DNA from: Syncephalis fuscata S228
Lineage: Eukaryota > Fungi > Zoopagomycota
DNA: 64,000 nt
NCBI GenBank assembly: GCA_025786725.1
Contig: JAHLTZ010000008.1
Coordinates: forward strand, 620,001 to 684,000
Direction of reading: 5' to 3'
A program made the position numbers and the translations under genes. Below, one piece after another: positions 39,161 to 53,343 of this stretch (its first letter is position 1; each line of letters opens with the position of its first letter). The notes beneath the pieces were generated by a model that searched no databases, was not told the DNA's origin, and was given only the letters and a program-made list of their open reading frames with translations.

Positions 39161-39982
39161 CCCACAGGTGGGGCCGGTGAAACAAAACGAATGAGTAAAC
39201 GAGTGAGGCACGTGTACGCAAACGAGAAAAGACGAGGAAGGTGAGAAAAGAGAGAATGACAAGAGCCACTTAGGCTCATGATGCGCCAGCCTGACAGCAA
39301 TGACAAGTAGAGAGGCATGTGAGACACGAGGCGGCTCATAGTTCCCTCTTTGATGCCTTGCAGATGTCACAATAGGTGCAGAGCAGATAGAAATTGTATG
39401 GGGAGGAGAGAATATGTGTCTATTGCTGTCGGACTGAGCTTACCTTGGCTGGTACATAGCACTGTTCCAAGAAGTTGTTTAATCTCTTTAAAAGACATTG
39501 TACAGAATTGATAGAAAGATGCCAACGGTACCAAACATACTAGAGGAATTGAAGAGGCTAACGGGAGTGAGGATGAGGTGAGGTGATAGAAGCTGATAGC
39601 GTGTAAAAGTGGATGAGACGAGAAACAAAAAGAGAAAGAGCCGCGCGTGACGAAACGCGACTTGGCAAAGGAAAAAAAGTTTATGGCAGATCTCTATCAA
39701 TCCTGCTACTGGTTGGTTTATCACAATGCGCAATCACTATATTTAGGATTACGTCATTTTACTAATAGGTAGCGATTATGTTATTGAGCTATTAGATTTT
39801 AAAAAGTAGAGAATGGTGATTTACTGGACGTCATCTCCCTTATAGTCTCAATTGTCCCATGTCCTTGCTACAGTAATTACTATTTCACTTTAATCTGTCA
39901 ACTCGTCCAGTTAATAAACAAACGGGCCCAACGCCTTTTATTATTTTCTTTTTTATTTACACATTTTACTTCCTTTTTCTTG

Positions 39983-40156
39983 ATCTTACATCACAAAGAT
40001 GTCCAAAATGCAATAGTAGAATATTAGAAAATAGAAGAGACCATTAAGATGCAATAACAACAAATGCAAAATGACATGGAATTACAATTATATGGCTTCT
40101 ATTAATACTCGATCAGTTTTTCTACACATGGCCAGCAACAACAATGATCGGCCTTG
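39983..40156 (+). repeat. Dispersed repeat family A, copy 3 (internally deleted)
   Basis: ATCTTACATCACAAAGATGTCCAAAATG...ACAACAATGATCGGCCTT matches copy 1 with a short internal deletion. Confidence 0.8.
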
Positions 40157-40462
40157 TGAATTGCAAAGTAGTCAAATAAAAACATTATAACTATGTTTTT
40201 GTACAATAACAGTGCGACTTGAATTGGAACGAATTTTGCTTTGAGGACCCCAAATGGTAGAAGTCAAAGTAAAATCAACCAAACGGCTATACACTTGGTT
40301 AATAAAAAGCATTGATAATACACAACATTAGTAACTGTTGTAGACAATTATTTTATTTTGTTGAAATCAGAACCTTGCAATAAAATTTATCTAAAGCAAA
40401 ATCTGAGTCTATAATTGTTAGCATAATGAATCCAGGACCGATTCAAGCTATTTTACGTCATC

Positions 40463-41106
40463 ATGAAACATGACTATAATTGTCTCAGTCAGCAGAATGT
40501 TTCACGTCTCAGCGAGGTTTGCATATATAGTTTGTTATCGTGTACGAGCCAGTTACAGTCGTCACGATTATTATTCCTTTATCATTGTTCAAAATGCAGT
40601 TTGATCCACATCGTTCAAATTCAACTGACCATCACTTATCGCGGCAAGTACTTTTGTTCATCTCACTAGCGTAATTGTTTTATTTGTAATAACACCTGAC
40701 TGCTTAGCAACGGTGGTGATATTCGTGGTATCCCAAAGAAAGATGGTGCCGGCAAGCATAACTGGGGCAGCTTAGAAAATACCACGGAACGAATGGAAGG
40801 TATTAGCGCATCGGCCGCGCAACGCGTTGCCTCCAATACTGGCCCTCCATTGACTGGATCGTCTTTGTCGAGCACAACGAAAGAAGCGAGCCATAGCACG
40901 GCTAGAACTGGTGGCAATGCTAAGCAAAAAGAGATGGATACACGCCCTGGAACAAATAGAGATACAAAGATTCAGGTAAGTGTGCGTGCGTGTGTATGAC
41001 TACAGGGATGGTGTATCATTGATGCTAATAATTTAATGCATTTGGCATCGCGTAGATATTGGACGAAGAGGCATTTGAACAATTACGCCAAGCTATGAAA
41101 TCGTAA
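40463..41106 (+). CDS. Small HABP4/STM1- or STF2-like protein, 4 exons, start uncertain
   Basis: Spliced DHHLSRNGGDIRGIPKKDGAGKHNWGS motif; last exon ILDEEAFEQLRQAMKS*; needs a GC-AG intron 40644-40707. Confidence 0.6.
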
Positions 41107-41813
41107 TAAATTGTTCAATATCTTTGACTGATATTGCTAGCGATCATCCAAGGATACTTGCTTCTTTTGATGATAAATAAAAATTAACTACAATTGCAAT
41201 ATCTCAGTATTTCCAAAAAAGCTACTTTTATCAACTAAAGAACTATTATATGATAATAATAACAACAGTGAGTGAAATGGTATTGTAATCATAAATGGCA
41301 TGCCAATAAATACTGGTACATTAATCATACTAAATAAAGTTTATTGCCATAAATTGTATATTGATCGAGGATGTAATTTATATTATTGTCTATTGTAGAA
41401 TATTATAAAGCGCCTTTATAACTACTTGAATATAAGGGCAAAATATAGATACAATAGTAATGAGATTGACGATAATACTGGCTATGGTGCAGTGTAAGCA
41501 TTAGTGCTTATAGCACAGTAATAAACAGCTAATTATAAAACTTGAATATTACTGCATTCTGTTGAGCAATGATATGCTTATTATCAAATATTAGAATTGT
41601 AATGTTGCAGCTGTGCATTTCAATTGAACTAAGTAGGAAAGAATAGAATAATTATGATTGCCAAACATGGTAATGACATGCGCAGTCGTGTACTATAGCA
41701 CTATGAGTAGAAAAGAGTAACAATCATGTTACTCCTTTCCTTTCTACTTGCGCTCACTATTGTCCATATTGTTTATCATTTAGCACTTTTAACACAAATA
41801 TATATAGCCAGCC

Positions 41814-43950
41814 ATGCGCTTAAGCGCTTATGATGAAAGTTTTGACAAAACCAAGACATTTTACTGTATTTATGTCGCTTTATTGAGAGGCAAGAATTAG
41901 CACTCTTTGCCGCCAGTTGTCGATTTATTTACCAGGTTATAATTAATCGACCTGATTATTGGGAAAAACAGTATAGAAAAACATTTTGTTTTAGAAATAA
42001 GCGAAAGCAAGAATGGCTTACATGGTATAATTGGAAATTAATGCCACAATAGAAGCAAAAGAGTCTGCATCTAATCTAAACAAGAAAAAACAAAAACGTT
42101 CCTTGTCATCTATCATTACAACTGTTGATGGCGATGATGATAAACATACACTCTCTATTAACGACTTATCATGTATCAATAGTTTTGATACTGTTAATTG
42201 GTTCTACACATATTATCGGCGCAGACATACTGATTTAAACTTATGGCGGGTTGGTTTAGAAAGCAAACAAGTTAATTGCTAGTTCGCAAACACACTCATC
42301 TGGAGCTAGTTGATATAAACCCTTGGTATGGATTGGTATTTGACAGGCAGTAGTCCAAGATTTGGTTAATTCAACTGATGTCATTAGCAAAGAATTTGGA
42401 CACAGCATGGAATTGGACTGGAAAAAATTGACCATCTTGTCACCATTTTTATTTAAACGAGATTTTCAAATCAAATCTGTTTATGAAACACAGAAATTCG
42501 TTGTAGCTGATATTTCATCAGTACATACGATAATATATGGAGTGTTGATATCGGGGGTAAAATAGGTAACTACCAAGTATTAATACTAATAATTATATAG
42601 ATTATTTATTAATACTATTAACAATAAATAGTTTAACTAAAGTGGAAGCGCTGTACATACCAAATGGCATTCTAGATTATACTGATTTAAATGAAAAATC
42701 TGCTGTTTCTTTAATTACTGCATCTTTAGAGATGCAAGAAACTCACATGCGAGATGTCACTGTAGTATGACCTATTACCAGCAATGCTTTCTAATATCAT
42801 TGCCTTGAAGGCAGAGAGAAACACTAGCCACGCTTTTATCCGCCAAAATTAACGAATACGCATGATAATTGGCTGCTTTTACGAACGAAATATAGAAAAG
42901 TTTCAGAACAGCAATTTGATTTAGTTGATTTAAATAAAACCCAACTTATAGATGGTACAATATCGCTTCAAAGAAATTCTTGCGCTTGCATTCAATTGAC
43001 TTTCCGCGACTTATGCCAATTTTTAACATGAACAATAGTGCGTGACTCTGCAGAAACTAAATATGGTTTTATGTCTACTACTACTACTGAAAACTCGCAA
43101 CCAGTCGGTAATAGCAGTCGATCAATGCACATTCAATAAGAGTTATCCGGTTTTGACAGGCACCAGTATTACTTTAGAAGGATACTATTAGGCCAAATCA
43201 CTATTCCATATTGCCCAAACGGTATAATCGAAGTCAAGACATATATCGAAAAAATGTGCTTAATCACCGCATTTCATTCATTCAATGAAAAAAATGACTC
43301 CGATGAAGGGGAAATCATATTAATAAAAAAACAGCAATATCGACGAGGAAAACGACAATAATGATGAAGAAGTGACACTCTTCATGAACCATCTAATGTT
43401 TTACTAGTGATATTTGCAATAGGAAAGTATTTGACAAATAACTCAGCACAATCGTTATTTGATGCCAGCGATTACGGCCAATTAAAGCCAATTGATAGCT
43501 CTAAGCAAGGACGTATATTATGGAGTCGATCCATATACAGTATTTGTATTACAAAGTTATATAGCAAGAAGCTGATTGTTGCCGAAATGATAAAACATTT
43601 GATGCGTTAGATGCGTTAGATGCAAATTTATTGCGTTCAATTGCATGTCCATTTCACTTTAAGCTAACTCCGTTTCTTGGACCTTTATGTGTAACGCTCA
43701 ATGATAAAAACGGTGGAAGCTGATTTGTTGATATGAAGACTGGCTGCACCTGCAAACCACCAAGTTGCCTTACTAATGAATAGTTTGAAGAAGGTACTAA
43801 ATATAAGCCATTAGGCGCTATTGAAACGAAGCCACCAGTCTCAAGTAGACATGCGATTTTTGAAAGTTCTGGCTATCTATTATCAAGTACTGTTATTGGT
43901 CGAATAGATGCAAACAGCAACGGTTTATATCAAGCATATTTTTTATGAAT
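41814..43950 (+). pseudogene. Fragmented coding-like region, product unidentified
   Basis: Several short + strand ORFs with intron-like boundaries and many stops/frameshifts; no recognisable motif. Confidence 0.3.
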
Positions 43951-44530
43951 AAAATGCCTTGTTTACAGGTATTTAAAATATTAAACAATTTATTAATAGT
44001 TTAATATAATTTGACGTTAAATGACTATATTTAATAACATTTAATTTATTGAACATGATGGGTGGTGAATGACATCAAAGTCCAAAATACTCATCATCAT
44101 AGATTTATTATTTAGTATACATATATTCAGTATACATATATCCTCTATTCACCTATGCCATTTCTATACTTTCCATACTACTAATTATCATTTTATGGCC
44201 TACTGCCCATACGCTATTAATAAAAGCTATTTTTATTTCTAACTATATTTGCTATAATTTAATTTAACTAATTCATGCTCAATCAATTGTATATCCTATA
44301 ACTTTATAATCACTCTTCGTGTATTTCCTTTGTATCTTTATTTAAATTTATGCCATTTTAATAGCTTACAGCTACATCAAAGTCAATAAAAAGCAAACTT
44401 TATTTATTAGCTCTTTATTTTCAAATGGTATCAACTACGTCTAACTGAATAATGTGACGTGTTCAGATGTTTACAAAACTATGTTGATAAACAAGCCGGC
44501 TTTTCCATTTTCACACTTTGTATTAACATC

Positions 44531-46312
44531 ATGACAGAACATTCGCTTTCGCAAATTAGTGAATATATGCTTTCGCTGTCAAAGCTGTGTGCGTCAGACT
44601 GGAAGTATCGTGCGGAAGGAAATGCCAACATATGTTTTGCGTATAGCGGACACGATCACCAACTGGCAAGTAGATACACTTAAGCAATGCCCACAATTTA
44701 GCTTATACCTACTGAACAGCGCGGTACACTTCTTCGTCTGCGAAAGCGTGATGTATCCAAAGAAACAGCTTTCCAATTAGCATCTAACGAGCAATCTGAA
44801 TATGACCCACTGCTAGAGCTATTTTACCGTCAAACGGTTATTGCGCCTTTGTTAGGAACTGAATATGTCGGCGATATGGTAATATTGTAACTACTTTGAC
44901 CGATATGCATACTGATTGGTGTATACTGCTAATCTAATAGCGTCTTGTATCAGTGCACACAGAATTTCTAAACGAGCTAGCTCAAATATGCAATCATTTA
45001 CGCCCTCAATCGCGACATGGCAAGGAAATAGACACTAGCCAGCCATACGGCCTACTTACACTTGATCACGCAACGTTTATCTCTATGGATACACCGACCA
45101 TAACATTTGAACTAAAGGTAAATGAGATAACAACATACATACATCGCATACTTATCCAACTTAGCCAAAATGGGGATTTCTACCGAAAGAAACATCAGAA
45201 TACGCACAGGAAATACATCCAGAAAAGTTTCGAGCTTGTAGATTCTGTATGCATCAACACTTGAAAGCAGAGAAGCATTTGATGGCACAGAGTAAACAAG
45301 CTAATACTAGCGTATCTGATTGGCTACCAAGTCACTACTGTCCGCTTGATTTGTTTTCAAGTGATCGTCAACGAGTGCAGACTGCACTAAATGCGCTTAT
45401 AGCATGTCCACAGAACAATCTACGTGTTTGGAAAACAGTGTTAGAAACTGATAATCAGAGTCCAGTAAGTTGAAAGCATAAGTCTATAGTCAGTCTAATA
45501 AGTTGTGTTAGGACAAGATATTGGTTGTAGGCAATACAGGCATTGGCCAGAAAGACAAACAGCAACAACATAGCAATGCAAGTAATCATCAGGATGAATT
45601 GGACCGGTTAGTTATAACAACGTATTTGCTGGCATGTAATAACCATTATTGGCATGTAGTTTATTAGAAACTGTTGTTGATATTCTGCTACATGATAATC
45701 ATTATCTCGTCTAGCACAGCATCAACAACAGCTCGACAATCCAGGAATTGAAGTGATAATGCGATATTATCATGAATTATTGGAACTAAAACAAAAGCAA
45801 GCAGTAACTAATGAAACAGCAACTCGATTAAGCTGTATACCTTCTACACACAACGAAACTATAAGTATTTGGCAAAATGCATTATGTAGCTACCAACAAC
45901 AGGCAGCATCGATGATTTCTAATAATAGCCATGATGAAGAATTGCAATGCTTATTACAGCTGCATAAATATTTATTCAGTGCTACTCTTAAAGATTGTAC
46001 TATTTTATTAACCATTGGCTCTACTAGTTCGTGTACACAAGTGAGGTAAATTACCATTTTGGATGCAAATCTACTATTAATTAACTATTACTACAAAGCG
46101 ATCATATATTTACCGAACATATACGCTCCTTCCCACCAACTACATCCGAGACGTCAATGGCAACGCAACCTAACGAATCTGGCTACCATTACAAACTAAG
46201 CATTATTGATTTGGACATTAAACCATTGACACGTATTACCGACTATCACAAGTTGGATAGGGACATTTTGGACGCGTATCTACGCAGTAATGTGCGTCGA
46301 AATTGTCGCTAA
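44531..46312 (+). CDS. IPK1: Inositol-pentakisphosphate 2-kinase
   Basis: WKYRAEGNANI, ELKPKWGFL, CRFCMHQ, YCPLDLFS, QNNLR, SATLKDCTI, IIDLDIKP motifs. Confidence 0.9.
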
Positions 46313-46704
46313 TTACTCGTGTAATATTATAATCAATGTGAAAATAAAAAAGCTAATCTTATCTAGTTAATAAAATCTGACTATCTATAATAGTAACACT
46401 TTAAACTAATCAACATCGTTATCTGACAACTAGTAATAAATAAAATTAAAACAACACTATTTTATGCTAATTGAGAAAGAAAGGCAACACACACGCTTAT
46501 GCAAAATGTAGTATGCAACCTCGACACATAAACATATACGTATACGAAACAACATAATCTCAAATATAAACCAACAATAGCAAGAACAAACGTCGTCTTG
46601 CCACACTACTACAATTACCCGATTAGCAAAATAAAATGAAAAGACTGCAGCGTAACCAAAAAAGTCTCTCTTTCTATTCTTTCGTATTTTATATACCGTG
46701 GTAC

Positions 46705-49039
46705 TTAGTCGAAGCACCATAGTTCCATTCGATTGACCACATTATTGCTATCGCCGAAATTACCGCGAGCAATATCAAGATCTTCGTTATCGCTCACTTG
46801 GACAAGTTCATTGTCTTCATCTTTGTATTTCAGCTGCATTAATCGTCGACCGCTAAATTTATCTGTGACACGCATGCGTAATTCACTAAAATCAACATCA
46901 GAATCCACCATCAAATAGCGTGTATCATCCTTGTAATGGCACTTTAGTTTAATCTAAGTGATTTAATTAGTCAGATTTAATCAATTGATAATGTGTATTA
47001 TTCATAACTACCTTGCCAGCTGGAATATTCGCTGCTGCTGCTGTATTATTCCATTGGCCACTGTCATTTTTATGATGGCCTGGTTTTGTACCATTGGTCG
47101 TTTTAATGCTGTTATTACGCGGCATAGGAGGCGACGTCATTGGTTCTCGATGGCTCATTTGACGTCGTATAGGCAGACTTCCTTGGCTTGAAGCGGGTGA
47201 TCGAGTAGTAGGACTGTGGGATTGTTCGCCCTTACCATTGGTATTTGGACTACGACGATCAAAGCTATTTTGTCGAGCCAGTGCTAAAGCGTGTGATCTT
47301 GAATCGCTACGTGACAATTTGGCTGCATTGCCTGTTGCTAGATTTGTTGTAGCAAATGATCCAACCGATGAACCATCCGGCGAGTGTTGTAGATACCCTT
47401 CGTAGCTCTTTTTTGCCTGCAGCATTTTTGTGTCAATACGTGGTGGTGGGTGGCCATCTGTATTACGTCGAGTAATTGGCGAAACAGGACCGTTATCCGT
47501 TGCCAGCGTGGAGATACTGGACGCTGATTAGGTGGATTGGAATTAGGAGGACGTAGTCGATTCGCCGGCCCACCTGTACTAGGACGTCGCTGCATACCTT
47601 CACCAAGTACATTTGTACTTAGTACGTCATTTGTAGCGGTACGTACCGACATATTGCCAATATGTGTATTATTACGCGATAATCCGTGACCAGCAGGACG
47701 ATTACGAATATCTGCTGTTGGCCCATCAAGTGTTGACTGTAAAGCATTAGAGCGTGGAATAGGCGCGGTAGTCTTTTCACTTGTAGCCTATATCATTGTA
47801 TTGATTAATAAACGATTTATACGACATTCATTAATGTATAAATACTTACCTTGCGCTCTGCCGTGCCAGAGAATCCAGTCTCGGTATCTTGCACATCATG
47901 CGACGCAATTAACTTTGCCTTGCCCAAATAGTCGACCTTTTTAGAGTTTTTTAATTTAGATTCATCCGGGCGGAACAATTTTCCCCGTGGCAATTTAAAA
48001 ATAGGCTGTGTCTAATCGTAGTAATTGCCAATAATGTTAATCATTATAATCACCGAACACTACACCATACGAATCATCATCAATTTACCTCCCAGCCGCG
48101 TGAAATTGCCAAATCGACACGAGCATGATCGGCCAGTTGTTTTTCTTGGCGCGCTGTCTCAAAATCTTTACGGCCCATATCATCCTCTTCCAACTGCATA
48201 TAGCATACACCTCGATTGAATAGCACCTCGCATGAGTATAGTTTGTAATCAAGTCCCAATTGTTTGTAGTCAATAAACAGATTTCCTCTTAGATACTAAT
48301 AAGACATTAATAAACATTAATAAACATTAATAAATATTACTATTTATAAATAATAGATTACAAACCACTTACCAGTAAAGCATCATTAAAATCATCAAAT
48401 GCTGCTTCCCAGTCACCTAGCTTTGCATTGGATACACCCTTTTGGAAATAAGCAATTGCAAAGTACTGGTCAAGATACAAGGCTGAAATATAAGATTTAA
48501 TCTAAATATACATCTATTAATCATCATAACAAAGCAATATCAACCTAGACGCCTTACTGCCGATTCATGATCACCAGCTGCGGATAGAATCACACCAATG
48601 TTAAAGTGGATTTTGGCCGAGTCTGCAATAGGCTATATAGAATAAAGTAAAGTAAATACGCACATCATAGACCCCAACAGTAGTTGCAGTAATAGTTAGT
48701 ATATGTATGATTACCAACAATAGCACATCAATTAGAATGACAAATAGGAACAATGCATAGTATTATTAACAAATACAATGGATAAGGAGCTAAAGATAAA
48801 CATAAAGGAAAGCTTACCTCAAATAGATCCAATGCAGTATTATAATCCTGTTGATCGTATGCCTGGGTAGCCTGATCCCATTGTTCTAATGTAGCCTATT
48901 GATAGCCATAAAGTAACAATGGTAAATGATATAATGGTATTATAGTGGCATAGTAACAACAACAATAATAATAATAATAGAATTAATCGTCAGTCACGTC
49001 AGGTTATTCAAAACACACAATACATACCTTTAACGCCAT
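46705..49039 (-). CDS. noxR: NADPH oxidase regulator (p67phox-like; TPR + PB1)
   Basis: MALK|..WDQATQAYDQQDY, SAKIHFNIG, DQYFAIAYFQKGV, LRGNLFIDYKQLGL, C-terminal PB1 LKYKDEDNELV...MELWCFD*. Confidence 0.9.
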
Positions 49040-51174
49040 CTGTTACACTATTAGGTAAATGCATAAATAGATCAGTATAAAGTTAGTTTGGCTGCATAAC
49101 ATCAGATGTGAAACATATAATCGTGCAGGTCAACGTCGATCTTCGTTTGGGTTTCAGTCCTCTAACAGTCAGCTACACTTACCTGAACTACAAATTTAAT
49201 AGTATAAACCACAGCACGCCAGGTGTAGATAGAAGAACAGATAGAACTTTTTGAACAACAGTTCAACGTCAATAACGTACGTAGACACACTCACACGTAC
49301 AAAGACAACTAGAATGATGTGGTTAGAAGGTGGTAAATAAGGGAGAACAGAGAAAGAAGTAAAGCTAGAAATGACAAGAGAGTGACCTTTCTGCAGTTAT
49401 AATATAGCAAGGGAGTGTTGAGTGAGTGGATATGTGTGTGTGTGGATGAATGAATGATGTTGATGTTTGTGTGTTTGTGTGTGTGAGTAAATGAAAGTGC
49501 GTGATGGCTTCGATCCACACGTGAACAACAATAAATGGATAGAACAACAAGTAGCTAATCAAAAGATACTGGTTATTACAAGAATGACATCTGTGTAGAG
49601 TGTATCGCGTGATATGTGTTGTTAGAGAGCTTTTGTTATTTGCCGTAGAAGCAGTTGAAAGCGTGTGCGGTAAAAGGAGAAATGTGTGTATGATGTGTGT
49701 GTGTGTGTGTGCGTGTGTGTGTTGATATGCAGACCGGCTGGCAGTATCTATAATGCAGATAATGTTTGTATTGCTTTTGTTTTGTTATAGTAATCAATTC
49801 TTCTATAGTGCTGTAGAGCAATCAGTAGCGCTGCCCTAGTTTAACAGAAAAATTGACCGCTATAACGTGAAAGTAAAGTAGCAGCGGCAACAAAAGTCGA
49901 AAGAAAGGCTAAATGTTCAACAGCCAATTCAAAGAAAATGAATAACTTTATATCGATGATGCTATTATTGCGTCGTTGTTTCCATGTCTATTGTTAGATT
50001 ATCCTTCTGTAACATAGGGAGTATCTCCTTGTTTAATTGGCGACCTATCACCCAAGTAGGAGTTGGCCTGTTTGTCCTATCAATATGTTGCGACTTTCTA
50101 TGACATCGTCTCCTAAAAGTTCTTGCTGCCCCGTAGTATGTCGTAAGTGCATGTGTTTGTACGCCCGCTCTTCGGCGTATCTTTTACTCTTTTGGGCATT
50201 TTAGTTTATGCGTGACAAAAACACCGCTACCTTGTTTCCATTTTAAACTTGTTTATGCCGCATGTTCTATCAGATTGAATTTTATACAGAATATTCAAAT
50301 TCATTCGCAAGCATTTTGTTAAAACAAAGCCTGCTGCTGCTCTCACTATGTGGACTAATAATAACACGAATAATGATATTAATATTAAAAACTATGCTTA
50401 TCTTTGTTGTTTGTTGTCTATTTTTCTCATTACATTCATTGTTCTACTGGTGACATGTTCTATAACCTTGCTTGGTTTTATGCAATTGATTTTATTCGTT
50501 GTTTTATTCCATCACTTGAACAATTCTTTTATTTGTATTTCATTTTATTCATAATATTTATATGTACAATGTTGTTTAATTTATGGCTGTATATCATCTT
50601 ATTTATTACTTAAATAAAATGCCATTTTTGCAACATTAAACAATTCATTAACATTTAATGTGATTTGGTATCAAATGACTGAACTTGATAATGACTTTAC
50701 AATAATGAGTATCTGATGATTGATGCCATTCACCATCCACCATCATGTTCAATAGATTGGATGTCATTAAATATAGTCATTTGACTTCAAACTATTCTAA
50801 TTTGTTAATAAACTATTTAACGTTAATGTATTAAAGATAATACAAATAAATCACTATTATTATTAAAATAAATAGTGTCAATGTAGCTATAATAAATGTA
50901 ACTAACTGTAATATGTCTGTTTATTTTTTAATTGATTAAGATATATGAATAACATATTATCACTATTCTACTAAAGTAAAATAATAAACACATTATTAGC
51001 GCTACATTAGTCTTGAATAATCTATAATAAATATTGTTAATGGTTGATAATACTAATAATGACACTAATAATGCTAGCCATACATTTCTATTAAAATAAA
51101 CGGTAATTTAATCATAACCAAATCAATAGCTACGCACAAGACAATGTATTGAGAAGAAAAAGGAAATAGAGTCA

Positions 51175-52959
51175 TTATTGACGTGGATGATGTTCCTCGA
51201 GCCATTCACCAAGTAGACCGCTGGCTGCAGTAATAAGGCCAATAAACGGCGGTGATGGCTTAAGTGGACGAGTCAGATACTCGGGATGATATTGTACACC
51301 GACCATATACGGATGATCGACCACTCGATAATCTCCATACGGTCACCTGTTTCATCACGTCCAATAAAGCGAAGTCCCATCTTTTCTAATTGTGGTACAT
51401 ATTCGGGATTGACTCATATCGATGACGGTGACGTTCGTCGACGACGCGGTCACCGCCATAGAGGCGACGAATGACCGACTGGTCGCTGTCATCGGTAAAT
51501 AGCGTTTGACGAGAGCCAAGACGCATTGTGCCACCTAGATGCGTTTTTGATATTTCTGGCATGTAGATGACCACTGGTGTATTCGTGTCTGGTGCAAGTT
51601 CACTGCTATTGGCATCAGTGAAGCCACGACGTTGCGGGCAAACTCGATGACAGCAACCTGCAGTCCAAGGCAGATACCAAGATATGGTATTTTATTTTCG
51701 CGTGCCCATCGACAGGCAGCTACCTTGCCTTCTGTGCCACGTTCGCCAAAACCGCCAGGGACAAGAATGCCATTGGCTGAACACAGTCCTTGCCACGCTT
51801 CGTGGAACTTGATAGGCGATGCTGTGCTAGTTTCTTCTTCAAGATCGATGCTTCAATCCATCGGATATTCACCTTACGACCACAGGCCATACCTGCGTGA
51901 TCGAGTGCCTTAACGACAGAAATGTACGAGTCTTGCAAGTTGGTGTATTTGCCAACCAGAGCAATAGTGACCGAGTCGTGAAGACGCTCACGTCCCTTGG
52001 CCAATGCTGACCAATGCTTATGCAGCTCTTGACCGGCCATTTGCATTTGGGGAGAAATGGTCAACTTGTCAAGTTGCATGCGCTTGGTCAGTACATTAAG
52101 CATACCTTGCTCGATCAATAGCAAAGGTACGTGGTAGACTGACGAACAATCACGGACAGCCAGTACTTGTTCGGGTGCTACGTGACAGAACATAGATATT
52201 TTGCTCTGTACCGATGGATCCAATTGCTGCGAACAACGACAGCAATCAAATCTGGTGATAGACCAAGTCCACGCAAGTCACGTACACTTGCTTGTGTGGG
52301 CTTGCTCTTCTGCTCACCGACCGATCCAACGACTGGCACCAACGAGACGTGGATTAAGAAGAAATTACTTGGGCCAACTCGGAACTGGAATTGACGCATA
52401 GCCTCTACGAAAGGTGCCGATTCGATATCACCGACTGTGCCGCCAAGTTCAATAATACAGACATCGGGCGACTCGTTACTGTCGTCTACTGGTATTTTCG
52501 CCACACGTTCAATCCATTCTTGAATAGCGTCGGTTATATGCGGCACAACTTGAACAGTTTTGCCCAAATAATCGCCCTTGCGCTAGAGCATACAGTCAGT
52601 AAAATGATCGGTATCAAACAGTATATGTTAAGGCAAATGCAGCAACTTAGACTTACCTCTTTCTCAATGACGTCACGGTAGATTTTGCCGGTCGTAATAT
52701 TGTTGTCACGACTAAGTCTGACGTCTAAAAAGCGTTCGTAGTTGCCCAAATCCAAATCGACCTCGCCACCATCGTTTAGAACAAACACTTCACCATGATC
52801 GAGCGGAGAAAGAGTACCGGCATCGATATTAAGATAAGGGTCGATCTTGATAGCCGTAACTCTTAAACCAAGCGTTTTAAGCAAAACACCAGTTGACGAT
52901 GCAATGACACCCTTGCCAATGCCGGAAATGACACCACCGGATACAACTATATACTTCAT
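51175..52959 (-). CDS. URA7: CTP synthase (several apparent frameshifts)
   Basis: [69 protein letters not shown]. Confidence 0.95.
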
Positions 52960-53343
52960 GGTTACGTGCTAGAGTAGGCTGGTTGGCTTGGTGCAGATTG
53001 TACGTGCTAGCGGTGTATGCGAGTGCCCGATCGTCAGCGAGTTATAATAAATGAAGACGGGGGAAAGAAAAAGAGAAGCGGAGGGTCGTGGCACCCATTT
53101 TATTTTCTTTTATTCATGTCCGCGTGTATTTTTTCTTTTTTTTTGTTGGCCAATAGTTATTTTTTTATTAGGACTTATTGGGCAATAGTTAATAACGTTA
53201 TATTAGCGTAAATGTGTTCTATGGGTTGATCATTTGACACAAGATGGTGTGGCTCGTTTCGTACAGTGTATAGCTTTTTCCTATTTACAGCATCTTTTTT
53301 CCGTCACACCCCACGCATCTATACAATTATTATCGATTCTACG

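Noticed and set aside
51175-52959. CTP synthase as a pseudogene or programmed frameshift
   Set aside because: Motifs are intact and the shifts match the window-wide 1-nt deletion pattern.
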